A stretch of 64,000 nucleotides of DNA from the human T2T-CHM13v2.0 reference genome, Homo sapiens, in NCBI RefSeq assembly GCF_009914755.1, contig NC_060947.1; one strand, 5' to 3'. Both the position numbers and the translations under genes were made by a program. How positions within the stretch are numbered: position 1 is the first letter of the stretch; each line of letters starts with the position of its first letter. The notes under the pieces are model-generated. The model made no database searches. It saw only the letters and a program-made list of their open reading frames with translations, and was not told where the DNA came from. Shown here piece by piece: positions 46,718 through 61,590 of the stretch.

Positions 46718-47680
46718 CTGTCTCTCACTTTTATTTCTCTGAAGCTGTTTCAAAGCTGCTTCAGGAACCAAAGACAAAAGACCAAATACTTTAACAAGAG
46801 ATATGCTTATTTCTTTAGTCACTTAGGAAATAACAAGAGATTTGGGAGTTATAAGCCAGGAACCATGGACAAAAACCAATATATATATATCACAATATCA
46901 CACATCGACAATTGACACTTGGGTAAATACAGGACACTTATTTCATAGATTGTCCTTTAATTTAAATTTGTGTGCCATTTCCCCATTATTCAGAGTACGC
47001 ATATTAGCAAAAGCACCACAGAAGTAATGTATTGTTCTCAGGGCATCATAATGGTGGTACATGATGCTGGTTTGACCCTTTAGTAGTAAAGTTAACTTTG
47101 ATTACTTGGTTAATGTGGTGAATAGTTGCTAGATTAATCCACTTTACAGTTATCATTTTCCTCTTTATAATTAATGATTTTGCTGGGGATACTTTGAGAC
47201 TATGTAAATATCCTGTTCCTCATTAAATTATCATCCACTGGTTTTCAAATCCATTGATAATTCTTGACTGAATCAGATATTGCTATGATGAATGCAAAAT
47301 GGTAATTTTCAAACTCCATCATTTTTAGTACATTTATTAGTTTATATTCTACATCAAGGTAGAGCTTTTTCTCCATTTATTTGTTTATTAATTACTTTGG
47401 ACACATAGATTTTTACTTTATTTTAAAAATACCCTATTGTTATTATTTATTTTAATACCCAAATTGTCTCAGATTTAGTGACTGGCTGCCCATTCAAGTT
47501 GGCTCCCCTGTCTTTTGACATGTGTCATCATTCTTAAACACACTTTTTACTTACTTTAAAATTTTTTTACTTCCTTACTTTCAAGCTTGTCTTGTACTTC
47601 CTACCCCATTAATCATTTCTCTATAGACCTCTGTTATCTTTTATGGAGACAGTATTTAGAAACTAAGTCATTGTATATAG
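45170..47680 (-). mobile_element. L1MC-like 3' region interrupted by an LTR
   Basis: CCTTTACCCAGATTCACCAATTAACATTTT and AGAAATTTGACATTG motifs; sequence resumes after 46902. Confidence 0.6.
45606..46902 (-). mobile_element. MER21-family LTR with an internal (TA)n(GA)n microsatellite (46609-46716)
   Basis: Terminus TCACAATATCACA (reverse complement TGTGATATTGTGA) and GGACACCAGCTGGGTGTTCTCCAAT motif. Confidence 0.7.
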
Positions 47681-48111
47681 CTGTTTTTTAGCTTAACATT
47701 TTGTCATTGTTTTCCATTTAAAAGACAATATTGCTTATGTGATAATGATTATTTAGTGTTTGTTGAAACTTGCTTTATGTCCTAGAGAACATGATCAACT
47801 AGTGTTTTATGTGTGCCTGGAAAGATTGTGTATCTAATTTTTGCGTGTAGTGTTCTGTTCATTAAATTTAACTGTGTTGTTTAAATCTTCTCTATTCCTA
47901 AGTTTTTTGTTTGCTGGACCTATCAGTTACCAAGAGAGTTAAAATCTCCCACTGTATTTGTGTATTTGTCAAATTCTTACACTTTTGACAATTTTTGCTT
48001 TGTATACTTGAGGCATTGTTAGTATGTACATACAAGTCTAGAATAGATACATATTTTACAATTTTAGGAACTCTTTTTATCTTTTTGAATGTAAATTTTT
48101 TTTGTTTGCTG

Positions 48112-51100
48112 GGTCTTTTTAATTTTGTAAAATCTTTCTGGGTACCTAGTAGTTGTATACATTTATGGGGTATATGAGATGTTTTGATACATGCAAAGTG
48201 TAATAATCACATCATGTACAATGGGGTATCCATCATTTCAAGCATTTATCCTTTGTGTTACAGACAATTTAATTATACAGTTATATTATTATTGACTATA
48301 GTCACCCTGCTGTCCTATCAAATAATAGGTCTTATTCATTCTTTTTGTATACCCGTTAACCATCCCCACTCTCCCCCACCACCCATTACCCTTCCCAGCC
48401 TCTGGTAACCATCTTTCTACTCTCCATCTCCATGAGTTCAATTGTTTTGATTTTTAGATTCCACAAATAAGTGAGAACATGTGATGTTTGTCTTTCTGTG
48501 CCTGGCCCATTTCACTTAACATAATGATATCCAGTTCCATCCATGCTGTTGTAAATAACTAGATCTCATTCTTTTTTATGACTGATTAGTACTCCACTAT
48601 GTATATATACCACATTTTCTTCGTTCATGTATCTGTTGATGAACCCTTAGGTTGCTTCTAAATCTTAGCTGTTGTAAGCAGTGCTGCAACAAACATGGGA
48701 GTGCAGATATCTCTTTGATAATACTGATTTCCTTTGTTTGGGGTATATACCCAGCAGTGGGATTGCTGGGTCATATGGTAGCTCAATTTTTAGTTTTTTG
48801 AGGAATCTTCAAATCGTTCTCCATTGTGGTTGTACTAATTTACATTCCCATCAACAGTGTACAAGCATTCCCTCTTCTCCGCATTCTTGCCAGCATTTGT
48901 TATTGCCTGTCACTTGGATATAAGCCATTTTAATTGAAGTGAGATAATATCCCATTGTAGTTTTGATTTGCATTTCCCTGATGATCAACTACAATGAGTA
49001 CTTTTTCACATGCCTGTTTGCCATTTGTATATCTTCTTTTGAGAAAGGTCTATTCAAATCTTTGTCACAATTTTGATCAAATTATTAGATTTTTTCCTAT
49101 TGAGTTGTTTGAGCTCCTTATATATTTTGGTTATTAATTTCTTGTCAAAAGTGTAGTTTGCAAATATTTTCTCCCATTGCACCTATACTTTATAGACTGT
49201 TTGCTTTGCTGTGCAGAAGCTTTTTACTTGATGTGATCCCATTTGTTCATATTTGCTTTGATTGCCTTTGCTTGTGGGGTATTAATTAAGAAATTTTTGC
49301 CCAGATCAATGTCCTGGAGATTTTTCCCATATTTTCTTGTTGTAGTTTCATAGTTTGAGGTCTTTGACTTAAGTCTTTAATACATTTTGATTTGATTTTT
49401 GTGTATGGCAAAAGATAGCTATCTAGTTTCATTCTTCTGCATATGGATATCCAGTTTTCCCAGCACCAATTATTGAAGAGACTGTCTTTTCCATAGTGTA
49501 TGTTCTTGGCACCTTTGTGGAAAATGAGTTTGTTAGGTGTGTGGATTTGTTTCTGGGTTCTCAGTTATCTTTCATTGGTCTATGTGTCTGTTTTTGTGAC
49601 AATACCATGCTGTTTTGATTACTGTAGTTCTGTAGTATAATTTGAAGTCAGGTAATATGATTCCTCCAGTTTTGTTCTTTTTGCTTAGGATAGCTTTGGT
49701 TATTCTGGGTCTTTTGTGGCTCCATATAAATTTTAGGATTGTTTTTTCTATTTCTGTGAAGAATGTTTTTTGTATTTTTATAAGTATTGCATTGAACCTG
49801 TAGATTGCTTTTTGTGGCATGGACGTTTTAACAATATTGATTCTTTCAATTCATGAACATGGACTATCTTTCCATTTTTTGGTGTCCTCTTCAATTTCTT
49901 TCATCAGTGTTCTACAGTTTTTATTAAAGAGATCTCCCACTTCTTTGGTTGAGTTAATTGCTAGGTATTTAATTTTATGTTTGGCCATTGTAAGTGGAAT
50001 TACTTTTAAATTTCTTTTTCAGATTGCCCAATGTTGGCATGTGGAAATGCTACTGATTTTCGTATGTTGATTTTGTATCCTGCAACTTTACTGAATTTAT
50101 CAGTTCTTATAGTTTTTGTGGAATCTTTATGCTTTTCCAAACACAAGATCAAATCCTCTGCAAACAACGGTAATTTGACTTCTTCCTTTCCAATTTGGAT
50201 GCCCTTAATTTCTTTCTCTTGTCTGATTGCTCTAACTAGGACTTGCAGTACTATGTTGAATAACAGTGGTGACAATGGGCGTCCTTGTCATGTTTCAGAT
50301 CTTAGAGGAAAAGCTTTCAGTTTTTCCCTATTTGGTATGATACTAGCTGTGGGTCTGTTATATATGGGTTTTATTATGTTGAGGTATGTTCCTTCTATAC
50401 CCATTTTTGAAGGTTTTTATCATGACGGCATGTTGAACTTTATCCAATGCTTTTTCAGCATCAAGTGAAATGACCATATGGTTTTTGTCCTCCATTGTGT
50501 TGATACTATGTATCACCACTGTTGAACCATCCTTCCATCCCAGGGATAAATCCCACTTGGTCATGATGAATAATCTTTTTAATGTATTGTTGAATTTGAT
50601 TTGCTAGTAGTGTGTTGAAGATGTTTGCATCAATATTTATCAGAGATATTGGCCTGTTTTTTTTTAATTTGTTTCTGTCTGATTTTGGTATCAGGCCTCA
50701 TGGAATTAGTTTGGAAGTATCCCTTCCTCCTGTATTTTTCAGAATAGTTCAGGTAGGATTGATATTAGTTCTTCTTTAAATATTTGGTAGAATTCAGCAG
50801 TGATGCCATCAGGTCCCAGGCTTTTCTTTACTGGGAGACTTTTTATTATGGCTTTTTATTGGTCTTTTCAGGTTTTGGATTATCTTCATGGTTCAGTCTT
50901 GATATGTCATATGTGTAGAGGAGTTTCTCTATTTAGTCTAGATTTTCCACTTTATTGGCATATAGTTGCTCATAGTTGCCATTAATGATCCTTTGAATTT
51001 CTGCAGTATCAGTTGTAATGTGTCCTTTTTCATCTCTGGTTTTATTTATTTGGATCTTCCCTCTTTTTTTCTTAGTCTGGGTAAAGGTTTGCCAAATTTG

Positions 51101-51810
51101 TTTCACATTTCAAAACACCAACTTTTTATTTCATTTACTTATTTATTTTGTATTGTTTTCTTCATTCCAATTTCATTTATTTCGGCTCTGGTGTTTATTA
51201 TTTCTTTTCTTCCTCTAATTTTGAGTTTAGTTTTCTCTTGCTTTTCTAGTTCTTTAAGATTCATTATTGGTTTCTTTATTTTAAGTTTTACTTTTTTTTT
51301 ATTTAGGCACTAAATAACTAAACTTATATATAACTAAACTTTATAGCTATAAACTTCCCTCTTAGTACTGCTTTTGCTTTATCCCGTAGGTTTTTGTATG
51401 TTGTGTTTCCATTATCATTTGTTTCAAGAAATTTTTCAATTTTCTTCTTGGTTTCTTCATTGACCCACTGCTTATTCAGGAACATACTGTTTAATTTCCA
51501 GGTATTTGTATAGTTTCCAAAATTCTTCTTGTTATTGATTTCTATTTTTATTCCATTGTGGTCAAAGATGCTTCATATTATTTCAATTTTTTTGAATGTT
51601 TTAAGACTTGTATTGTGACCTAACATATGGTCATGTGACCTAACATGGTGGCTTTAGAGAATGATCCATGTGCTGAGGAAAAGAATGTATATTCTGCAGC
51701 CGTTGGATGAAATGTTCTGTAAATATCTGTTAGGTCCATTTGGTCTACAGTACAGATTAAGTGTGATGTTTCTTTGTTGATTTTCTGTTCGGAAGACCTG
51801 TCCAATGTTT
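48112..51810 (-). mobile_element. 5'-truncated L1MA-type element
   Basis: L1MA 3' end (CATTTATGGGGTATATGAGATGTTTTGATAC) and ORF2 peptides in track ORFs 49572, 50006 and 51620. Confidence 0.88.
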
Positions 51811-52083
51811 CCTTGCTGTTAACATAGCTACTCCACCTTTCCTTTTTTGGTGGTATTTCTTTTTCCATTGTTTTACTCATTCACTTTTTTCTTTCTTTTA
51901 TCTTTTACAAAATGTTCTGCCAAAAAATCAATGCATTGATTTGTTTGTTTCTGAATTTACCAATAGAATTTATAATTAGTATTAAGGATAAGCTTTATAT
52001 ATCCAAACATTATCTTTCTTTACTAATTTTTTATTTTATAGAATTTAAACTCTACAGAAAAGTCAAAAGATATCTTTCATGTA

Positions 52084-52746
52084 TTGTAGTGCCATTCTTT
52101 TCCAAGGGAGATACATTCCAAAATCCCCAGTGGATGCCTGGTAACATGAAGAGTAATTAATCCTATATAAACTATGTTTTTTTCCTATACATACATATGT
52201 ATGATAAAGTTAAATTTATAAGTTAGGCACAATACAAGATTAACAACAACAGTAATAAAATAGAACAATTATTACAATATTCATAGTTTCATGGATAGAA
52301 GACTCATTCTTACCATAGGTCTTAGCAACTTCAACACATGATTTTTTTCTTCCCTTATTAAGTTGAAAACTTCCTCCTTTTCACTTAAAGGAAGCATTTT
52401 ACAGCTTCTCTTTAGCATATGTGAACTGCCAGCATTATCATTCTTGCACTTTGGGGTTACTATTAAGTAAAATAAGGATTACGTGAACATAAGCACTGTG
52501 ATACTGCAACAGTTTATTGGATAACCAAGATGGCTAGCAAGTGACTGATGGGCGGGTAAGGAATACAGCGTTGATGTGCTGGACAAAGGGATGATTCACA
52601 TCTGGAGCAAACATGAGATTTCATCACACTACTCACAGTGGTGTGAAATTTAAAACTTATGAGTCGTTTATGGAATTTTCCATTTACTGTTTTCAGACTG
52701 CAGTTAATCATGGGTAACTGAAACTGTGGATGAGGGGGGACCACTT
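52084..52746. mobile_element. MER44/Tigger7-type DNA transposon remnant
   Basis: ACATTCCAAAATCCCCAGTGGATGCCTG near the left end and GAAACTGTGGATGAGGGGGGACCAC right TIR. Confidence 0.75.
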
Positions 52747-53831
52747 TAGATTCATCAGGGCATCAATTTGGCTACATATGGCTTATCTCTTTTTCTAAAT
52801 ACTATATACATATATGTATATATACATGCACAGATTTTTTTGCTGAGCCATTGGGAAGTAACTTGCAGATATCATGACACTTCAACCCTAAACACTAAAT
52901 CATATATCTCTTAAGAACAATTAAATTACTATTACACCCAGAGAAATTTAACATTGATACAATACTATTATCTAATATACTATCCATATCAAGTTCTCAC
53001 AATTTTCCTAACAATATCCTTTATAGCTTTTTATTTGTTTTGGTCCAGGATCCAGTCAGGGGTCATGCATTGTATTTAGTTGTCATGCTCCTTTTTAGTC
53101 TTTTTAAATCTAGAATAGCACCCTCCCTTTTTTTTTCTTGTCCTTTTTTTGTGACGTTGCCATTTTTGATGAGTCCAGGTAGTTTTCCTCTATATGTCTC
53201 ACAGTATGAAATGTGTCTGATTGTTTTCCCATGATTAGTTTAAGCGTTTTTAGCAAGAAGACTACATGGGCGATGTTCTGTCCTTCTTAGGCACAAAATT
53301 CTAGTTTATCCCAAGAGCATAGATACCTTTGGGGATTTTACAGATAGCTAGGTGGGTATTTTTTACTTCCCCCTTAAGAAAGTTACTTTTCTGGACACGG
53401 GTCAAATTATGGTTTATAATTTGCACCATATTCCATGTCTAGGTTACCTGTTTACAGAAATGCTCAGCATGAAGAGGAGTTTCTATATCTGTTCTGCCAT
53501 CACATTTTCCTACTTCAGAGCATTTACTTAGTCCGGTTGGTTGTCTGTCTGTGTATTCACAAACTTTCACAATCAACTCAATAGGGAATAAAGTTTTTTT
53601 TTTCAGCAGCTTCATGTGCAGTCTCCTTAAGTACTTTTTCCTATGACTTGGTCACTTTTCTCCCTCTCATTGTATAAAGACTTTCTCATACTACTCTATA
53701 TTGATCATTTTTAAGAGGCAAATATGATATGATCGAGTTCCTCTCCTGTTATTCTTACCTCCTGACATGTTATCATAGCATCTGGGTCTTCTGTCTCTGG
53801 GAAGATAAGCCAGATTTTATTGCATGGATTC

Positions 53832-54470
53832 TGTATTAGTTTTATATTTCTACCATAACAAAATGATCACAAATTTAGAAATTTAAAAGAACATATTTAT
53901 TATAGTTCTGGAGGCCAGAAGCCTGCTATGGGTCTCATCAGACCTGATGAGAAGTCAAGCTGTTGGCTGGCTGCATTCCTTTCTAGAGGCTCTGGGGGGA
54001 TATGTCCTGCTCATTTGGTTATTGGCAGAATTCCGTTCCTTGCCACTGTAGATCTGAGATCTGTAGATCTCAGTTCCTTGCCACTGTAGATCTGTAGATC
54101 TGAGATCCCTTTCTTGCTGGCTATGAGCTAAGAGCTGTTCCTAGCTTCTAGAGGCCACCCAAATTCCTTAGATTGTCATCTCTTTTCTCCATCTTCAAAG
54201 CCAACCATGGCAAATTGAGTCCCTCTCATACTTAGAATTTCTCCATTTTCTTTTGTCATTACATCTTTCACTGACTCAGATGATATGCTTTTAAAGATAT
54301 ATGCAATTAGAGTATGCCCACCCAAATAATTCAGAATATTCTCCCCCATCTCAAGATCCTTAACTTAATCACATCAGTAAAGTTCCTTTTGCCTTGTAAA
54401 ATAACATAGTCATGGATTCTTGTAATTGTGGTGTGGACATCTTTGGGTGGCCATCATTTTGCCTACCACA
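53832..54470 (-). mobile_element. MLT1 (MLT1E-like) solo LTR
   Basis: TGTATTAGTTTT...TTGCCTACCACA termini; TSD GATTC/GATTT. Confidence 0.8.
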
Positions 54471-55259
54471 GATTTTATTATAGCAGCAAGCCATAACCTG
54501 ACACCGAGTGTGTGATTCATCCATTCTTTTATTCAACCAACACAAATATTAAAGAATGCCTATTAAATTGAGCATGTATTAAATTCCAGGCATTGTTTTA
54601 TGTGCCAGGGTTACAAAAATATAACATCTAACTCACCAAGGAGTTCATAAACTGGTTTGGTAAGTTCTGTAGATAGAGATTGGCACAGAGTTCTATAAGA
54701 GAATACAAGAAGGCACATGAGCAAGACTAGAAGAGCCAGGAATGGCCTCCTGTATTGATCAATATCTAAGCTCAGTCTTTGAAATGAAATGAGGTACTAA
54801 GTAAGGATGGATGATTGTAGATGGGTAAAGAACTTCAAGCAGTGAGAAAATAATGACCAAAGTTACAGAACTCGAGGTAGGCTGGTTTTTGGAGGAGGTG
54901 AGATGTATGGTAGGTAGTTTTCCTGGAGTGGAGAGATGGAGCTAGATCAGCAAGCTGAAGCATAAACATGAAGACTTTGTGCACTACAAAGGCTCAAGAT
55001 AGATCTGTAGGAAATGGGATGTGACTGACAATCTTGAAAGAGAGTGCTGTGTTCACATTTATATTTTATATAGGTCATACTAGTGGCCATGTGGAGGATA
55101 GTATAGTAGAGCAAGATTGGGGTAAGAAGATCATTTAAGATGCTTGTATGAAAATCCCGACAAAAAGTGATGAAGGCTTGAACTCAGCCAATGGTAGTTG
55201 GGATGGAGCACAGATCAGTGAATTTGAGAAAGTTTTATGAAGTATTATTGATTAGATGG

Positions 55260-55651
55260 TGTATCAATCAGGGTTCAACCAGAGAAATAGAACCAGTAGG
55301 AGATATATATTAAGAAATGTATTATAAAGAATTGGCTTGTGGGGGCTGTGTAGGCAAGCCTGAAATCTGTGGAGTGGGCTTTCAGGAAGGACAGACTGGA
55401 ACTCCTGGACATGGGCTGAAGCTGATGTCCTCAGGTTAAATTTATTCAGGGAGACCTTAGCTCTGGTCTTAAGGTCCATCAGCTGATTGAATCAGGTCTA
55501 CCCAAATTATTTAGGATAATCTCCTTTACTTAAAGTTAACTGATTATAGACAGTAATCACATCTACAAAATAGCTTCACAGCAAAACCTAGTTAAATTGA
55601 ATAACTGAGGACTCTAGCCTAGCCAAATTAACACATCAAAAGACAATCACA
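55260..55651 (-). mobile_element. MLT2 (ERVL) solo LTR
   Basis: TGTATCAATCAGGGTTCAACCAGAGAAATAGAACCAGTAGG...AATCACA; TSD GATGG at 55255-55259 and 55652-55656. Confidence 0.85.
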
Positions 55652-57048
55652 GATGGGATGTCAAGGGAAACAGAATAATAGAGGGTAGTTCTCAAGTATG
55701 TGGCTTGAGTATTACATGAAATCACTAACTGAGTTATAGAATACAAGAAAAAGAGCAGGTTTTCAACATTTTCAGTAAGATACCTAGATGGAGGTTCCTG
55801 GCAAGCAGGTAAAGATCTGAGATTGCAAGAGAAGTGTTGTCCATATAAATATATTTAGATAACCATCAGCATAAAGGTGATAGATAAAACCAGGAGAGTA
55901 AATTAAATAATCTAGAAGAAGGTATATATAGAGAAAAGTTATGGATTGAGAAGGAAATTCTGGGGACCACTAACATTTAAGGATTATCTAGAGAAAGATG
56001 AACAGATAAAGGAGTAATAGGATGAGGGGGAAACCTGAAAAAGTCTGATGCCGATTAAGAAAAATGTAGTGAACAGCAACATAATATACATTAGAGGGTT
56101 CAGTACTGAAAAATATTTATTAATTTGTAAATTAAGTTTATTGGTGAATTTAGCATTAACGGTTTCCGTGTTGTGAGAGCAGAGGCCAGATTACAGTGGG
56201 TTGAAGAGTTACTAGGAAGTGCCAAGTTGAGGGTAGCTGGCATACGAGATGGGATGAGAATGGAGGATAAAAATTGGACAATATTTTATAATTAAATGAT
56301 AACTGTAAGAAGATTAAGAGCCAAGGGAGTATTAAAAAATAATGGTAGGAACTTGCAGTTTTATTGACTTAAAGTAACAAGAAAAGGGGTAGAGACTGAA
56401 GATATAGGACATAAGAGAATTCAAAGTTACTGAGAAATAAAAGAAATAGGCCTGGTTGTTAGAGAGGGTGCAGTGACAAGAGAAGGACTTGTTTTATTCT
56501 TTGGATAAGACTAGGGTATTGGTACTCAATGGAGGTAGTATAATCCTGAGAGGGTGATTGGAAAGTTTGTGAAAGGCATTTAAGATAATCATTATTGAAG
56601 TGCTTCCTGACATATTGTGGGCAGGGTCAGTATTGCTAAATAACCTGCAATATGCAAGACAGCCTGCACAATGAAATTTTCTATATCCCATACAACTTTT
56701 AAATATATCATCAGATTAAACACTTATTTTTGTTAATCTAGACCTTGAATTGAACTCCATTCTATATATATATAAGCAAGTTTTTAATACACACTAACTT
56801 TTCCAGGAATGTAACTACCATGTAATCCAAGGTAAAAACCTTTGTTTTGTTCAGAATCTTATCAAGAATGTTTATCATTTTGGAAAATCGTGATACCTAC
56901 AAAAACGCTGCTCTTGGATATTTGAAATCCAGATAACAACACACATGCATCAGTCAGTAATTATAGCTGCCACCTTTACAGGCATTCTCTGTATATTTTT
57001 TGCATACTTCATTGTCTTCTAGTGTTGTCATGTCCCCACATTTGCATC

Positions 57049-57343
57049 CTTTTTTTTTTTTTTGAGACAGGGTCTCACTCTGACACCCAGGCTCGAGTAG
57101 AGTGTCACAGTCCCATCTCACTGCAGCCTCGACCTCCCGGGTTCAAGCGATCCTCCTGCCTCAACCCCCCAAGTAGCTGGGACCACAGGCACATGCCGTC
57201 ATGCCCAGCTAATTTTTGCGTTTGTTGTAGAAACGGGGTTTTGCCATGTTACCCAGGCTGGTCTCAAACTCCTGAGCTTAAGTGATTGTCCGATTCAGCC
57301 TCCCAAAGTGCTAGGATTACAGGCATGAACCTCCATGCCTGGC
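57049..57343 (-). mobile_element. Alu (AluJ-like)
   Basis: GAGACAGGGTCTCACTCT, GCAGCCTCGACCTCC and CTCCTGAGCTTAAG AluJ-type features. Confidence 0.9.
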
Positions 57344-59164
57344 TGCACATTTACGTCTTAAAATACATTATATTTTATTATAAATTACTTTCTTGTTATT
57401 TCTATTTCATATTATAGATGTTTTGAAATTTTTATCTTAATATAATAAAGCATTAAAATATTTAAGAAAGGGAGCCAGATAGAATTGGAAACCATTGGCA
57501 CAGGAGAAATAAGATAAGAATGAGTGAAAATGCCGATTTTTAAACAACAATGAAGAGATTTGTGAGAATGGCTAATGCATTATGCTTTGTGGAAGAGGTT
57601 ACCATAGTTCTAATTCCCAAATCCAATGACTGGATTTTGGGTTTTATCTTGATCCTTCTGCAACGTTTAAAATTCTCTGCTTTCTTCCATTCTACAACAT
57701 TCTTCTCTTCTAGTTCTCCTTTTACATATCTGGCCATTGTTTCTAACTATTTTTTTCTGAGTACCTCCTCAGCCTAGATCCTTAAATTGAGTGGTTCCTG
57801 AATCTTCCTATTTCAATCCTCACTTCTTCTTGGCAATCTCACCCACTGTCCTGGGTTAAATAAAAAAAATATATGCAGACGACTTCCAAATCTGTATTTC
57901 TAGCACAAGCTTTATGCCAGGCTCAAACTCATATAGTCACCTGCCTGCTCTTTCTGTGTGATTGCCTTATCACCTTAGACTGAATGTTACCAAAACTGAA
58001 CTCTTCATCACCCCACCAGCAGCACCACAAACCTCTTTATTCTTTATTGTTTGTACTAGTACTTCTAAGGCAAAAACTAGGGTATATGTCATGTTTCTTC
58101 TCTCTTACCTCCACTTTTTAATCTGTCACCAAGTCATAATGGTTATTTCTTCAAAATATTCCATGATTTTTTCTTCTATCTTTCATTTCCAAAACTCTAG
58201 TCCCATTCCCCGGTTTGGACCCTCAACATTTTTCTCCTGAATGACAATAATAGTTTTCTAACTGATCTCCTGCCTCCAGTACTGTGTACTGACTCTTGGC
58301 ACAGCCTTTAGAATAGCCTCTAAAATAAATATCTGATCACATTGCTCCCCTACTTAAAATCCTTTAATGATTTTTTGCTTCCTATGAAAATCCTTTAATG
58401 ATTTCTTGCTTTCTATGATAATGTCTAAAGTCTTAGCATGACCTAAAAGATTCTGTATGGCATACCTCTTAATCAAGCCTTATCTGTTGCCACCAATTCC
58501 TACACCTCATCCCAAACTCACACAACTTTTTTTTTTTTTGGATTTTATGTGCCACTAGGGTTTTCTTGAACATACTATTATTTCATGCAGATTTCTTTGT
58601 ACATTTGACTCCCTCTAACATCTTTACACCCTTGTTTACCTAGTGAACTTCATTCTTCAAATTCCTGCTCATTTGTCATAGCCTCAATATTTTTTTTCCT
58701 CATCCTCTGTCTTCAGCCTCTAAAAATAATTGCTTCCTCTTTACTATTTCTGTGCCTGGTATTTGTCTATTATTGCACATGTCAAACAATAACTTGGTGA
58801 ATGTACATTGAATTCTCAGTGTAGTACCTTTCCATCTGGTTGATTAGGAATTTTAAAAAGAATTACAATGCACAACAGAAGTTACTTCATTTGTTTCTAG
58901 GTTTTTGCTTTTTATGGTGGTATAAGTCATAGTAAAGTACATAAATCTTAAGTATATAGCTCAATGAATTTGTACATATACTTATATACTAGTGTAAACA
59001 ACACCTAGATCAAAATATAAAACACTTCCAATACCCTAGAAAGCACATTTGTGTCCTTTTCAAGTTAACATTCACAAAAAGTAACCACTATTCTAACATC
59101 TGTCACCATTGATTAGTTTCGCATATTCTTGAACTTTATTTAAGTGGAATCACAGAATATGTAC

Positions 59165-59835
59165 TCTTTTTAAAATTTTAACTATTATTTTACTTGTAGG
59201 GGCTACATACGCAGGTTTATTACATGGATGTATTGCACTGACATCCATTCCCTCCTGCCTCTAGTAATCTGCAGTGTTTATTGCTCCCAAGTTTATGTCC
59301 ATATGTGTTCAATGTTTAGATCCCACTTATAAGTGAGAACATGTGGTATTAGGTTTTCTGTTTCTGCATTAATTCATTTAGGATTATGGACTCCAGCTCC
59401 ATCCATATTGCTGCAGAGGACATAATTTCATTGTTTTCTGTGGCTGCATAGTATTCCATGGTGTACATGAAACACATTTTCTTCATCCAGTCTACCACTA
59501 ATGGGCACCTAGGTTGATTTAATGTCTTTGCTATTGTGAATAGTACAGTAGTGAACATACGAGTGCTTGTGTCTTTTTGGTATAATGATCTATTTATTAT
59601 CAGTTATGTATACAGTAATGGGATTGCTGGATCAATTGGTAGCTCTGTTTTAAAAATTTCTTTGAGAAATCTAAACTGCTTTCCACAGTGGCTGAACTAA
59701 TTTACATTCACACCAGCAATGTATACGTGTTCCCATTGCTCCACAGCCTCACCAGTAGCTATTGTTTTTTGACTTTTTATAGTAGCCATCCTGATTGGTG
59801 TGAGATTTTTTTTATTGTGGTTTTGATTTGCACTT
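59165..59835 (-). mobile_element. 5'-truncated older L1PA/PB 3' end
   Basis: Track ORF 59349-59558 is the ORF2 C-terminus; L1 3'UTR motifs. Confidence 0.82.
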
Positions 59836-59875
59836 CACAAGACTGTACTCTTTTGTCAGATAGGTTTTTATTTGA

Positions 59876-60304
<429 letters not shown>

Positions 60305-60499
60305 AGCAACTATTGAATCATAAAAATCAGAAAGCCTATGATTATTTGGATGGGTGTCCTCACAGTGAAATAGAATGTTTATCTAATGTGTTATCTACTT
60401 GAAGGCAAAATGAAATATCCAGAAATTTGAAGAGACTGTGGAAGAAGAGATCTTAAACGTTTCCAAGAAAGAAAGGGTGTTAATTTGAAATTAACTCAG

Positions 60500-61590
60500 T
60501 TCTATTCAGTCAACACTTACTGAACACTTGCTGTGTTAGGCACTATATGAGACAAAGGGGACACCCAGATTACTAAACCATGCACCTGTTCTTGAAGACT
60601 ACTCAGTCTAATGCTGGAGACAAGATCTTTCTGTAAGGAAGAAGCTAAAGCTAGGAAGCACAAAGGATAGATAGTGATCCCAGACACAGAAGGCTTCTTG
60701 GAAGATATAGGGCTTGAATTAAACTTACATTATAAATAGGAGGCATTCAGGTGAAGAAAGTTAGCAAGGTATTTAGTTTTCAGTCATGTGAATTTGAGGT
60801 ACCTGTGAGACATTCAAGTGAAGATGTCCACTAGAATGTCAGAAATATAGGCAAAGAATGCAGACTTGAATGATAATCAGCATATAGGTGAGAGTTGTCA
60901 TCATATAGATGAGAGTTGAAGCCATGGGAAAGTGTATATTGTGAGAAGAAAAAGTGGTCAAGAAGAAAATTTTGAAGAACACAAACATTGAAATGACTGG
61001 GAGAGGAAGTGGGTCCTGGAAAGGAAACTGAATTGACAAAAAAAAGTAAAAAAGGTAAGCAGAAAATGAGGATTCCTGAAACCTAAGGGAAGAAACTATC
61101 TCAAGAAAGAGGGTGTGGTTAACAGTGTCAAATATTTTTATAAGAGAAGGATTTAAAAGCATCCATTGGTGATGGGGACAGAAGGGAAGGAAAAAAAAAC
61201 ATTGAGTCTATCAAAGGAGGTCCTGTATTAGTGACTTTGGTAAGAGAAGATTTATTGGCATAGAAGGGACAGAAAAAAGATTGTAGTGGATTGAAGAGTG
61301 CATGGAGGAGTGTGAGGAAGTGGGTGAAGATAGGGAAGACATTGCTTCCAGGAATTTGAGCTGTGATGAGTAGCAAAAGGGGAAGAAAGTTATAATAGGA
61401 GGGGAACAAGGTTAAAGGAACCATCTTTTAAGATGGAAAAGACTTAAACTTGTTTAAATGTCAGTAGGAAAGATCAAATAAAGAGGAATAGCTGAAGAGA
61501 GAGGAAAAAGTGAGTATAATGAATAGTTCGAAGGAAGTGAGATTATATGGGATCCAGAGCAGAGGTGGAAGAGTATGCCTTAGGAGAGGA
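60500..61590 (+). mobile_element. L2 remnants
   Basis: GAATTTGAGGTACCTGTGAGACATTCAAGTG and TTAGTGACTTTGGTAAGAG L2-like motifs; similar L2 pieces at about 54510-56300 (+) and 57600-58800 (-). Confidence 0.55.

Noticed and set aside
54034-54107. Short duplications of TTCCTTGCCACTGTAGATCTG
   Set aside because: Small slippage event inside an MLT1 LTR with no sign of function
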